DNA from: Clostridia bacterium
GTDB taxonomy: Bacteria > Bacillota > Clostridia > Christensenellales > CAG-138
Assembly: GCA_017429985.1 (NCBI GenBank)
Contig: JAFRNW010000010.1
Coordinates: forward strand, 5,700-69,699
Direction: 5' to 3'
DNA: 64,000 nucleotides
The notes beneath the pieces were generated by a model, which ran no database searches, was not told where the DNA came from, and saw only the letters and a list, made by a program, of their open reading frames with translations. The position numbers and the translations under genes are program-made. Within the stretch, counting starts at the first letter, position 1. Each line of letters starts with the position of its first letter. Positions 39,172-47,931 of this stretch are shown here, one piece after another.

Positions 39172-41049
39172 ATGGCACTGATTTTGATATTTTTGATATT
39201 GTCAGCCGGCGGCCTGCTTTATGCGGCGGTGCTCGGCCGCAGATATGAGGAGGCGCTTCCGCTGACCTGCACGGTCCTCGTGCTGATCCTTCTGGTGGCA
39301 GGCGTAGCAGGTTTCCTGCCTGCCGGCGTCTATGCGGTTTATCTTGCCGCATCCGCCGCTTACGTCGTCAGCATCTGCGCACTGGTGCGCAGGCATTCGT
39401 GGAAGGAGACGGCGACCAACCTGTTTACTCCCGGGTTTGTCATTTTTACCGTTGCGTTCGCGTTGTTTGCCGTATGCAACAAGGGCAAGCTGGTGCATGA
39501 AATGGACGCATTCTCCCACTGGGGGGATGTCGTGAAATCGATGACGCTCCTCGATGATTTCGGGACCAACGCAGCGTCGCTGACCGAATTCAAATCCTAT
39601 CCCCCGGGGATATCCCTGTTCCAGTATTTCTATGAGAAAACCGGTTCTCTGCTTCATGGCGGGACCCGTTACACGGAATGGTTTTTATATCATGCGTATC
39701 AGGTCATGCTGGCTGCGTTTGTCGCTCCCGTTTTCTCCAGGCTGAGCCACCGGAAGCCTGCGACCGCCCTGATCTGTTCGATCTGTGTTTTTGCCGCTCC
39801 GCTGGTCATGTATTACAACACATACGACAGTCTGTATGTGGACTCGCTCCTGGGGATCCTTTCCGGGTGCGCGATGGCCATGATGGTCTTCTGTGAGCGG
39901 GATGATACGGCAGGATATCTGAGCATACTGTCCGCGATCGTGATGATGGTTCTGATCAAGGATGCAGGCATGCTGTTCGCCGCGTTCGCGGTGGCTTCCC
40001 TGCTTGTGAGGCAGATGACGGCGGGAAACCGCTCCGCGGGGAAGGCCCTTCTCCTGTCGGCAGGAGGGATCGGGGCGGCTGCCGTTCCGAAACTGCTCTG
40101 GGAACTGGAACTCCATACTTCGGGAGCGCCGAGACAGTTCGCGGGCAGATTCGACGCCGGCCAGTTCCTGAACGTGATCCTTCACAGGGACGGCACTTAC
40201 CGCGAAACGGTTTTCAAACGCTACGTGGAGGATCTGATCCTCAAGAACGTAGAGTTCCGGAATCTCGGGGTGAACATGACCTATCTTGCACTGCTGCTGG
40301 CCTTGTTTATCGCGCTGTACTATCTGGCGGTTTATTCAAGGAAACCGAAACAGGAAGGTCAGGGTTACAGGACCTGGTGGCTCTGGATACAGGTGGCGGA
40401 AATGGCCGTATACCTGATAGGCCTCTGCGCGGCATATATGTTCAAGTTTACGGAATTCGAGGCGCTGAAACTGGACTCCTTTGACCGGTATCTGAGGATC
40501 GGTTTCCAGGCGGTCTGGATGACGATGATCCTGATCCTGGCATGGAAAACCCAGGAAAGCGAAAAGCTCGCCTACCGGCTCATTATGGCTGGCGTGGTGA
40601 TCGCATCCGTTCCGATCGGTCCCGCCGTTACCTTCCTGACGAGGGACAACGTGTCGAACTCCATCGAGGAACGCGCGGAATTTATCCCCATGACACAGAA
40701 GATCGAAAAATACGCCGGAGAAGACAGGCCGGTGTTCATCATTGAAGCCAGGCATGACTTCGGATACGCGTACCGCGGTCTCCGCTACATCATCCGGCCG
40801 ATTCCCACCCAGTCCAAAAACATCACCATCTGGTGCCTGGGCGGACCGAACAACAGCGAAGTAGGGGAGTACTCCGCGGAGGAGTGGCAGAAGGAACTTC
40901 TGTCCTACTATGATTATGTCGCGGTATACGCGACAGACGATTATTTCATGGAGAACTATTCGGAGTTGTTCTCGGATCCGGCAGGGCCGGAAGACGGCGC
41001 GATTTATGCGGTCAACCGGACGACGGGACTTCTCGACAAGTGTGAATAA
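39172..41049 (+). CDS. polytopic membrane protein, GT-C-like candidate; native-G+C paralog of 52455..54383
   Basis: More than 12 hydrophobic helices, loop motif HEMDAFSHWGDVV, FKSYPPGISLFQYF, LIKDAGMLFAAF, and a soluble C-terminal domain ending YDYVAVYATDDYFMENYSELF. Confidence 0.6.
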   Translation: MALILIFLILSAGGLLYAAVLGRRYEEALPLTCTVLVLILLVAGVAGFLPAGVYAVYLAASAAYVVSICALVRRHSWKETATNLFTPGFVIFTVAFALFAVCNKGKLVHEMDAFSHWGDVVKSMTLLDDFGTNAASLTEFKSYPPGISLFQYFYEKTGSLLHGGTRYTEWFLYHAYQVMLAAFVAPVFSRLSHRKPATALICSICVFAAPLVMYYNTYDSLYVDSLLGILSGCAMAMMVFCERDDTAGYLSILSAIVMMVLIKDAGMLFAAFAVASLLVRQMTAGNRSAGKALLLSAGGIGAAAVPKLLWELELHTSGAPRQFAGRFDAGQFLNVILHRDGTYRETVFKRYVEDLILKNVEFRNLGVNMTYLALLLALFIALYYLAVYSRKPKQEGQGYRTWWLWIQVAEMAVYLIGLCAAYMFKFTEFEALKLDSFDRYLRIGFQAVWMTMILILAWKTQESEKLAYRLIMAGVVIASVPIGPAVTFLTRDNVSNSIEERAEFIPMTQKIEKYAGEDRPVFIIEARHDFGYAYRGLRYIIRPIPTQSKNITIWCLGGPNNSEVGEYSAEEWQKELLSYYDYVAVYATDDYFMENYSELFSDPAGPEDGAIYAVNRTTGLLDKCE

Positions 41050-41054
41050 GCTGT

Positions 41055-41090
41055 AATGCCCCGGCGGATGCGGTCCTCCGGGGCATTGTT
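41055..41090 (+). terminator. rho-independent terminator
   Basis: AATGCCCCGG (41055..41064) pairs with CCGGGGCATT (41078..41087), then GTT. The T-tail is short. Confidence 0.55.
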
Positions 41091-41100
41091 ATAACCTGCC

Positions 41101-41153
41101 GTAACCTATGCGCTGCCTGCCGACTATTGACAATAGGTTACACATAGGTTACA
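41101..41153 (+). promoter_or_regulatory. three exact copies of the 9-mer ATAGGTTAC (one inverted, two direct): operator-like
   Basis: GTAACCTAT at 41101..41109. ATAGGTTAC at 41134..41142 and 41145..41153. The two direct copies fill the promoter spacer and overlap the -10. Confidence 0.5.
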
Positions 41154-41155
41154 AT
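41127..41155 (+). promoter_or_regulatory. near-consensus sigma-A promoter
   Basis: TTGACA (41127..41132), 17-nt spacer, TACAAT (41150..41155). AGGAGGAGG SD sequence, then the ATG at 41181. Confidence 0.65.
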
Positions 41156-41180
41156 TCGTGAAAAGCAGGAGGAGGCTCTG

Positions 41181-42692
41181 ATGGAAAAGGTTTATCAAAC
41201 GAGAGAACAGCTGGAAGAGGAAATCAGCAGACTTCCTGCGGGCTATATTTCCAAAAAGCATATCAACGGAGCGGACCGCTATTATCTGCAGTGGACGGAA
41301 GAGGGAAAGCTGAAAAGCAAATATATCAAGGCGACGGAACTGGAAGAAAAAAGACGGGCGGTGGAACGCCGCAGGGAACTGACCGCAGCGCTGAAATCCA
41401 TGCAGCCCGGAAGCGGAAGCCCGGCTCCCGGATCGAAGGAAACAAAACCGGAGGGAAAAAAGACGATGAGAACTTTTCAAAAATCAAACAAACTGGATCA
41501 CGTGCTGTATGACGTGCGCGGACCGGTCGTGGATGAAGCGGCCAGGATGGAGGAGGCGGGGCTGAAGATCCTGAAGCTGAACATCGGGAATCCCGCTCCG
41601 TTCGGTTTTACCGCGCCGGATGAAGTCATCACGGATATGAGGGATTCCATTTCCGGCTCTCAGGGTTATTCGGAGTCGAGGGGCATTTTCGCCGCCAGAA
41701 AAGCGATCATGCAGTACGCGCAGATCAAGAACATTCCCAATGTCTCCATGAAGGATATCTATACGGGAAACGGCGCGAGCGAGCTGATCCAGCTTTCGCT
41801 CCATGCGCTTCTGAACAACGGCGATGAAGTGCTGATCCCCTCTCCCGATTACCCGCTCTGGACCGCCTGCACGAACCTCGCGGGAGGGAAGGCCGTCCAT
41901 TATATCTGTGACGAGCAGTCGGGATGGCTCCCGGATCCGGACGATATCCGGAAAAAGGTCACGGACAGGACCAAGGCGATCGTTATCATCAACCCGAACA
42001 ATCCGACCGGCGCGCTCTATCCGCAGGAACTGCTGCAGGAGATCGTTGAAATCGCAAGGGAGCACGAGCTGATCATATTCTCGGACGAGATCTACGACCG
42101 TCTGGTCATGGACGGGGAGAAGCATGTCTCGATCGCTTCCCTGGCTCCCGACCTGTTCTGCGTAACCTTCAGCGGTCTTTCCAAGTCCCATATGGTCTGC
42201 GGCTTCCGCGTGGGCTGGATGATCCTCAGCGGCAACAAGAAGATCGCAAAAGACTATATCGCGGGCGTCAACATGCTTTCCAACATGCGACTCTGCTCCA
42301 ACGTTCCGGGGCAGTCCATCATCCAGACCGCCCTCGGCGGATATCAGAGCGTCAACGAGTACATCGTTCCGGGCGGAAGGATCTACGAGCAGAGGGAATA
42401 CATCTATAAGGCGCTCAACGACATTCCGGGCATCTCGGCGGTGAAGCCGAAGGCCGCGTTCTATATATTCCCGAAAATCGACGTCAAGAAGTTCAATATC
42501 ACAAACGACACGCAGTTTGCCCTGGACTTCCTGCGGGAGAAACGGGTACTGATCGTTCCGGGAAGCGGATTCAACTGGAAGGAGCCAGATCATTTCAGGG
42601 TCGTGTATCTCCCGAGGCTCGATGTGCTGACGGAAACGATGGAAAAGCTGAAGGATTTCCTGAGTTACTACCGACAGCAGCCGGCCGATTGA
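41181..42692 (+). CDS. class I/II PLP-dependent aminotransferase (AlaA-like) with a 95-aa N-terminal extension
   Basis: From residue 96 it reads MRTFQKSNKLDHVLYDVRGPV...LNIGNPAPFGF and SGLSKSH (PLP Lys region), typical of AlaA-type enzymes. The upstream 95 codons are in frame behind a strong promoter and SD sequence. Confidence 0.85.
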   Translation: MEKVYQTREQLEEEISRLPAGYISKKHINGADRYYLQWTEEGKLKSKYIKATELEEKRRAVERRRELTAALKSMQPGSGSPAPGSKETKPEGKKTMRTFQKSNKLDHVLYDVRGPVVDEAARMEEAGLKILKLNIGNPAPFGFTAPDEVITDMRDSISGSQGYSESRGIFAARKAIMQYAQIKNIPNVSMKDIYTGNGASELIQLSLHALLNNGDEVLIPSPDYPLWTACTNLAGGKAVHYICDEQSGWLPDPDDIRKKVTDRTKAIVIINPNNPTGALYPQELLQEIVEIAREHELIIFSDEIYDRLVMDGEKHVSIASLAPDLFCVTFSGLSKSHMVCGFRVGWMILSGNKKIAKDYIAGVNMLSNMRLCSNVPGQSIIQTALGGYQSVNEYIVPGGRIYEQREYIYKALNDIPGISAVKPKAAFYIFPKIDVKKFNITNDTQFALDFLREKRVLIVPGSGFNWKEPDHFRVVYLPRLDVLTETMEKLKDFLSYYRQQPAD

Positions 42693-42770
42693 AAAAAGAA
42701 CACAAACAGGATACAATTTCCCTGTCGCAGATCTGCGCGGCAGGGAATTTGCATATTCGGAGGGGAAGCC

Positions 42771-45134
42771 TTGAATACCAGAGCTCTTCAGACGCTGGAA
42801 TTCAACAAGATCCAGCAAATGCTGTACGAACATACAGCGTCCAACATGGGCAGGACGGAAGCCGAGAAGCTCCGGCCTTCTTCTGACATGGAGGACGTGA
42901 ACCGCATGCTTACGGAAACCGAAGAGGCGGTCATGATCCTCAGGTCGACGGGAAGAACGCCTGTGGACGGATTTCCCGATATCCGCGACATGCTTCAGCG
43001 GATCCACGCGACGCTTGCGCTTTCCGCAAGAGAGCTGCTGCAGGTCGCGCAGTGCCTCCGCGTCTGCAGGAACGCGGGTGACGTGCTGCGGGATTCCGCC
43101 AGCGCCATGCTGCTGAAACAGCTGGCGGAGAGGCTTCCGTCGCACAGGATGGTGGAAGAGAAGATCCAGTCCTGCATTCTTTCAGAGGATGAAATCGCGG
43201 ACAACGCTTCTTCCGAGCTGGCAAGAATCAGGCGGCAGATGAAGCTTGCAAACGAAAAGGTCCGGGAAAAACTGAATCAGATGATCCGGAGCGCCGCGTT
43301 CCAGAAATACCTGCAGGAACCGATCATCACCGTCCGGGACGGGAGATATGCGCTCCCCGTCAAGGCGGAATACCGGGCGCAGGTCCCGGGTCTCATCCAT
43401 GATACGAGCGGAAGCGGCGCTACGCTGTTTATCGAGCCTTCCGTCGCGGTGGATCTGGGAAACGAGTACAAGCGTCTCCAGGGCGAGGAGGCCCGCGAGA
43501 TCGAGCGGATCCTTGCCAATCTGACCGCCTATGTGGATCCGGTGGCGCCGGATCTGATAACGGGTCTGGAGGTTCTGGCCAAGCTTGACCTGGTGTTCGC
43601 GAAAGCATACCTTGCGGGTGAGATGAACGGCGTCCGGCCGAACGTGAACGAGGACGGAAAGGTCTCCATTCTGAAAGGGATCCATCCGCTTTTGAACCGA
43701 GATACCGCCGTTCCGGTGGATATCTGGCTCGGGGAAGAATTTAGCACGCTGATCATCACCGGCCCGAACACGGGCGGGAAAACCGTTACGCTGAAAACGC
43801 TCGGCCTTCTCACGCTCATGACGATGTCCGGCATGTTTATTCCTGCTGAGACGGGGTCGAAGGTTTCCCTGTTTGAAGAAGTGTACGCGGACATCGGTGA
43901 CGAGCAGTCCATCGAGCAGTCGCTTTCGACGTTTTCCTCCCATATGAAGAACACGGTCCATATCCTGAAGAACGCTGACAGCCGGTCCCTGGTTCTTCTG
44001 GACGAGCTCGGCGCGGGGACGGATCCTGTGGAAGGTGCGGCGCTCGCGCAGGCGATTCTGGAAAAGCTCTATAACTGCGGGGCAAAAACAGTTGCCACGA
44101 CCCATTACAGCGAGATCAAGGCGTTCGCCATGACGCATTCCGGCATGCAGAACGCCAGCATGGAGTTCGACGTCGACAGGCTGTGCCCGACCTACCACCT
44201 GCATATCGGGATTCCCGGAAAGTCCAACGCGTTTGAGATTTCCAGAAGGCTCGGGCTTGACGCCGCCGTGATCGAGCGCGCAAATGAGTATCTCCGGAAG
44301 CAGGACATCGCGTTCGAAAACGTGATAGCCGGAGCGGAGGCTGCGCGCCGGGAAGCGGAGGAGTACAGGGAGAAAGCAAGACTCACGCACGAGGAAGCGG
44401 AAAAGATCCGGAACGCGGCAGAAAAAGAAAGAGAAAAACTGATCAGGGAGCGGGACAAATGGCGCGATCAGGCAAAGGAAGAGTCACGGCGCCTGATCCG
44501 GGACACCAAACGGGAGATGGAAACGGTGATCGCACAGCTCAGAACGGCCGGAAAGGGCAGCGCGGCGGTGGAGCGCGCGATTCAGAACGCCCGCGACGCT
44601 GTCAGAGAGCGTGAGGGCATTCTCGCCATGGGAGAAAAAGCGCTGGATCAGGATACGGGAAGCGTACCTTCCTCGGTCCTGCCCGGGCAGGAAGTGCTGG
44701 TCGCGTCTGTCAATCAGGACGCGACGGTTCTGAAGGAGCCGGATGCAAAAGGGGAAGTGCTGGTCCAGGCGGGAATGATCAAACTGAAAGTGCCGATGAG
44801 CGATCTCAGGATCATCGAGACGCAGAAGCAGAACAGGAAATCGACTTCCTCCTCCTTTAAAACGGCGCTGCACGACTCGGAAAGAAGTTTTCTGGAACTT
44901 GACCTCAGGGGAAAGACCGTGGACGAGGCGATCGTGGAGATCGACCGGTTTATCGACGACGCGGAGATGGCGGGAATCGGACAGATATCCCTGATACACG
45001 GGAAGGGAACCGGCGCGCTGCGCGCCGGCGTCCAGACATACCTCAAGAGCCATCCTCGGGTGAAAACGTACCGGATCGGAGCGTACGGGGAAGGCGACGC
45101 TGGGGTGACCGTCGTGACGCTCAAACAGAAATAG
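42771..45134 (+). CDS. mutS2: endonuclease MutS2 (Smr domain)
   Basis: ITGPNTGGKT Walker A, LLDELGAGTDP and C-terminal Smr LIHGKGTGALR. TTG start behind GGAGGGG. Confidence 0.93.
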   Translation: MNTRALQTLEFNKIQQMLYEHTASNMGRTEAEKLRPSSDMEDVNRMLTETEEAVMILRSTGRTPVDGFPDIRDMLQRIHATLALSARELLQVAQCLRVCRNAGDVLRDSASAMLLKQLAERLPSHRMVEEKIQSCILSEDEIADNASSELARIRRQMKLANEKVREKLNQMIRSAAFQKYLQEPIITVRDGRYALPVKAEYRAQVPGLIHDTSGSGATLFIEPSVAVDLGNEYKRLQGEEAREIERILANLTAYVDPVAPDLITGLEVLAKLDLVFAKAYLAGEMNGVRPNVNEDGKVSILKGIHPLLNRDTAVPVDIWLGEEFSTLIITGPNTGGKTVTLKTLGLLTLMTMSGMFIPAETGSKVSLFEEVYADIGDEQSIEQSLSTFSSHMKNTVHILKNADSRSLVLLDELGAGTDPVEGAALAQAILEKLYNCGAKTVATTHYSEIKAFAMTHSGMQNASMEFDVDRLCPTYHLHIGIPGKSNAFEISRRLGLDAAVIERANEYLRKQDIAFENVIAGAEAARREAEEYREKARLTHEEAEKIRNAAEKEREKLIRERDKWRDQAKEESRRLIRDTKREMETVIAQLRTAGKGSAAVERAIQNARDAVREREGILAMGEKALDQDTGSVPSSVLPGQEVLVASVNQDATVLKEPDAKGEVLVQAGMIKLKVPMSDLRIIETQKQNRKSTSSSFKTALHDSERSFLELDLRGKTVDEAIVEIDRFIDDAEMAGIGQISLIHGKGTGALRAGVQTYLKSHPRVKTYRIGAYGEGDAGVTVVTLKQK

Positions 45135-45168
45135 TGACGCAGAGTTCTGCGTATCCGCTTCTGATTGG

Positions 45169-45197
45169 TTGACACGGATGACATCGGCTGATAATAG
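45169..45197 (+). promoter_or_regulatory. candidate sigma-A promoter for the Cys-rich peptide gene
   Basis: TTGACA (45169..45174), 17-nt spacer, TAATAG (45192..45197), preceded by TGa. Confidence 0.45.
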
Positions 45198-45272
45198 GGT
45201 TAAGAAGTATATGTGTGAAACTGATGATTTGCAGGATGTTATTTGTTCAGCATAGTTTAGGAGATAACGATT

Positions 45273-45479
45273 ATGAAGAAACATTACGAAGAACTGGAAC
45301 TCAGGGTGATCCGCTTTGCGTCGGAGGATGTCATTACCGCGAGCGGAGAGGAAGAGTGCCTGAGATTGATTTGCACGGGAATAGAGTGTTTTAGACTCGA
45401 TTCCTGCATAGAGAAGGCGATCTGCATAAATTTAGGCGGGGGAGATTGTCCCAGGTTGGAAGTCCCGTGCTTCAAGTAA
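45273..45479 (+). CDS. 68-aa Cys-rich peptide (acidic Cys-free N-terminal half, 7 Cys in the C-terminal 40 aa)
   Basis: AGGAGA SD sequence 7 nt before the ATG, with its own promoter and terminator candidates. Sequence: MKKHYEELELRVIRFASEDVITASGEEECLRLICTGIECFRLDSCIEKAICINLGGGDCPRLEVPCFK. Local G+C is low. Confidence 0.5.
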   Translation: MKKHYEELELRVIRFASEDVITASGEEECLRLICTGIECFRLDSCIEKAICINLGGGDCPRLEVPCFK

Positions 45480-45579
45480 AGCCAGAGTGCGTCAAGGAAG
45501 CAGGAGTTTTGCTGGTAATGGCGCGGCCATAAATAATAGAACGGTCCGCATATTTAGACTATCAGATGTGGATTCATGA

Positions 45580-45622
45580 CCCGGGAAGCGGTTCGCACTG
45601 CTTTCCGGGCCGCTTTTGTTTT
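45580..45622 (+). terminator. candidate rho-independent terminator downstream of the peptide gene
   Basis: CCCGGGAAGC ... GCTTTCCGGG (one mismatch) followed by ccgcTTTTGTTTT. Confidence 0.45.
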
Positions 45623-45642
45623 ACGGGCCGATACAGGGAAGT

Positions 45643-45671
45643 TTTACAAATAATCCTTCATGTGTTATAAT
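45643..45671 (+). promoter_or_regulatory. candidate sigma-A promoter for the two-component operon
   Basis: TTTACA (45643..45648), 17-nt spacer, TGtTATAAT with TATAAT at 45666..45671. Confidence 0.5.
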
Positions 45672-45726
45672 ATACCGTCAGAAATAGGCATTAACACAAA
45701 TGTCCGCATTTGAAAGGTGGATTTTT

Positions 45727-46419
45727 ATGGAAAGTAATGCAAATGTGAACAATACGATTCTCGTGATCGACGATGACCGGAACATTCTTGCCATTATCGA
45801 GTTATACCTGAAAAAAGCAGGCTTCACTGTGCACACCTGCGCGGACGGGAATACTGCGCTGGCCATGTTCCATGAAATCCGTCCCGCGCTGGTCGTCCTC
45901 GATGTCATGCTGCCCGGCAAGGACGGCTGGGAAGTTCTGCATGATATCCGGAAGGAAAGCGAGACTCCCGTTATTATGCTGACTGCGAAAGGGGAGACAG
46001 GCGACCGCGTCCAGGGCCTTGAACTCGGTGCCGACGATTATATTCCGAAGCCGTTTGACGCGAAGGAACTGATCGCACGCATTAAGGCGGTCCTGCGCAG
46101 AAGCACGCCGGTCGATCCGGAGCGTTCCATCTCGATGCCCGGTCTTTCCGTATCGCTCGAGAACTATTCCGTGGTGTTGGACGGAAGGCAGCTCGAAATG
46201 CCGCCCAAGGAGATCGAACTGCTGTACTTCCTCGCTTCTCATGAGGGGAAAGTCTTTACGAGAGAGCAGCTTCTTGAGCAGGTTTGGGGATTCGACTTCT
46301 TCGGAGACTCCAGAACCGTGGATGTTCATGTGAAGAGAATCCGCGAGAAGATCGGCGAGAACCATGTCTGGCAGCTGAAAACTGTCTGGGGTGTTGGCTA
46401 TAAATTCGAACTGGAATAA
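45727..46419 (+). CDS. OmpR-family response regulator
   Basis: Receiver domain (ILVIDDD ... LDVMLPGKDG ... MLTAK) plus a winged-helix output domain (TVDVHVKRIREKI...WGVGYKF). AAAGGTGGA SD sequence before the ATG at 45727. Confidence 0.9.
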   Translation: MESNANVNNTILVIDDDRNILAIIELYLKKAGFTVHTCADGNTALAMFHEIRPALVVLDVMLPGKDGWEVLHDIRKESETPVIMLTAKGETGDRVQGLELGADDYIPKPFDAKELIARIKAVLRRSTPVDPERSISMPGLSVSLENYSVVLDGRQLEMPPKEIELLYFLASHEGKVFTREQLLEQVWGFDFFGDSRTVDVHVKRIREKIGENHVWQLKTVWGVGYKFELE

Positions 46420-46434
46420 GGGGCAGCACCTTCT

Positions 46435-47931
46435 ATGCGTCACAGGGATCTACTTCGGACATTATTCTCCAGAATGCTAGTGGTATACATGACCGTTATA
46501 TTCAGCTTGATCGTCTTGCTGGGTGTGGCGGTTATTGTTATTATCCGCGGGCAGACCTACGGAGAAAGACAGAACCTGGCGCGCATGGAAACGGTCGAGG
46601 TTCTGAACATCGAAAAGCAGAGGATTTCCGGAGCGATGTCCGAAGCGGATGCGGTGCAGAGGCTGTATGCGCTCGCGGTCGGAAACAATCTGCTGGTTGA
46701 GATATATCCAACGGGAGACGAACCGGAGCATTACTATGGAAGCGGCAACTGGTCGTCTGCCGCGGCCTATGAACCGGATGAGGAACACAGGCAGCAGCTG
46801 ATCGCGGAAGCGGCTGCGGGCAATACGGAAACGAAGCAGTACTATAAAGGCGTCAGCGATATGGAAACCCTGACGGAAATCGCGACGCTTCCCGATTCCG
46901 GAACCGTTACGCACCTGATTCTGGTCCACGCGGACATGTCCGGGATCTCGGCGGGCCTGAAGGATCTGATCCTGATGGTGATCCTTGTTCTGCTCGTCGG
47001 CCTGCTGATCGGCCTGATTGCCGTATACAGCACAACGTCGGCTGTCATCAAGCCGTTCCGCGAAGTAAACGACATCGTCCAGCAGTATTCGATGGGCGAT
47101 TATAACGCCAGGATCCCCATTTCGGGAACGGAGGAAACGATCCAGCTGGGGCTGAGCTTCAACAATATGGCGGATCAGCTGGAAGATCTTGAGGCGACGC
47201 GGCAGAGCTTTGTGGCAAACGTCAGTCACGAGCTCCGGTCCCCGCTGACTTCCATGAAGGGGTTCCTCGAAGCGATGCACGACGGAACGATCGTGAAGGA
47301 AGAGTACGATCAGTATATCGACATCGTGCTGACCGAAACGAAGAGAATGGCCTCCATGGTCAACGACCTGCTGGACCTTGCGAGAATCGAATCGGGGAAA
47401 ACCGTTCTGAAGCTGGAGGTATTCGATATCAACGAGCTGATCCGGAGGATCCTGATCACCTTCGAAGCCCGTATTTACGAGCGGAAGATGGATGTGGAGA
47501 TCCGGTTTGCCCAGGAGCAGTTCTTCGTGGAAGCGGACAGCACCCAGATCTCGCAGGTTATCAGGAACCTGATCGACAACGCTATCAAGTATTCCCCCGA
47601 GGGGTCAAAGCTCCGTATCGCGACATACGCCATGCGGAAAGAGGTATATATCAGCATTCAGGACTTCGGCCAGGGGATCCCGGAAGAGGATGTGCCGCAC
47701 GTCTTTGACCGGTTCTATAAAGTAGAAAAAGCGCATACCCCGTCCAAACAGAGCGGCACGGGACTGGGGCTTTCCATCGTAAAAAGGATCATCGACCAGC
47801 ACGGCCAGAAGATCACGCTCAAGAGCGCAAGGGGAAAGGGAAGCACATTCACATTCACACTGAAGCGTGCGGCTGCGCCGAAAAGAAACCAGCAAGACCA
47901 GAACGGAGGCATAATACATGGGCAGTACTAA
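46435..47931 (+). CDS. sensor histidine kinase (two TM segments, HAMP, HisKA, HATPase_c)
   Basis: H-box SHELRSPLTS, N-box NLIDNAIKYS, and G-boxes DFGQGI and GTGLGLSIVK. Confidence 0.9.
   Translation: MRHRDLLRTLFSRMLVVYMTVIFSLIVLLGVAVIVIIRGQTYGERQNLARMETVEVLNIEKQRISGAMSEADAVQRLYALAVGNNLLVEIYPTGDEPEHYYGSGNWSSAAAYEPDEEHRQQLIAEAAAGNTETKQYYKGVSDMETLTEIATLPDSGTVTHLILVHADMSGISAGLKDLILMVILVLLVGLLIGLIAVYSTTSAVIKPFREVNDIVQQYSMGDYNARIPISGTEETIQLGLSFNNMADQLEDLEATRQSFVANVSHELRSPLTSMKGFLEAMHDGTIVKEEYDQYIDIVLTETKRMASMVNDLLDLARIESGKTVLKLEVFDINELIRRILITFEARIYERKMDVEIRFAQEQFFVEADSTQISQVIRNLIDNAIKYSPEGSKLRIATYAMRKEVYISIQDFGQGIPEEDVPHVFDRFYKVEKAHTPSKQSGTGLGLSIVKRIIDQHGQKITLKSARGKGSTFTFTLKRAAAPKRNQQDQNGGIIHGQY

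Noticed and set aside
41484-44390. Minus-strand ORFs 41484..43145 (553 aa) and 43182..44390 (402 aa)
   Set aside because: They are antisense to the aminotransferase and mutS2 genes. The products are Arg/His/Asp-rich with no motifs.
45284-45475. 63-aa minus-strand ORF antisense to the Cys-rich peptide gene
   Set aside because: It has no SD sequence or promoter on that strand. The plus-strand ORF has an SD sequence, a promoter and a terminator in the correct orientation.
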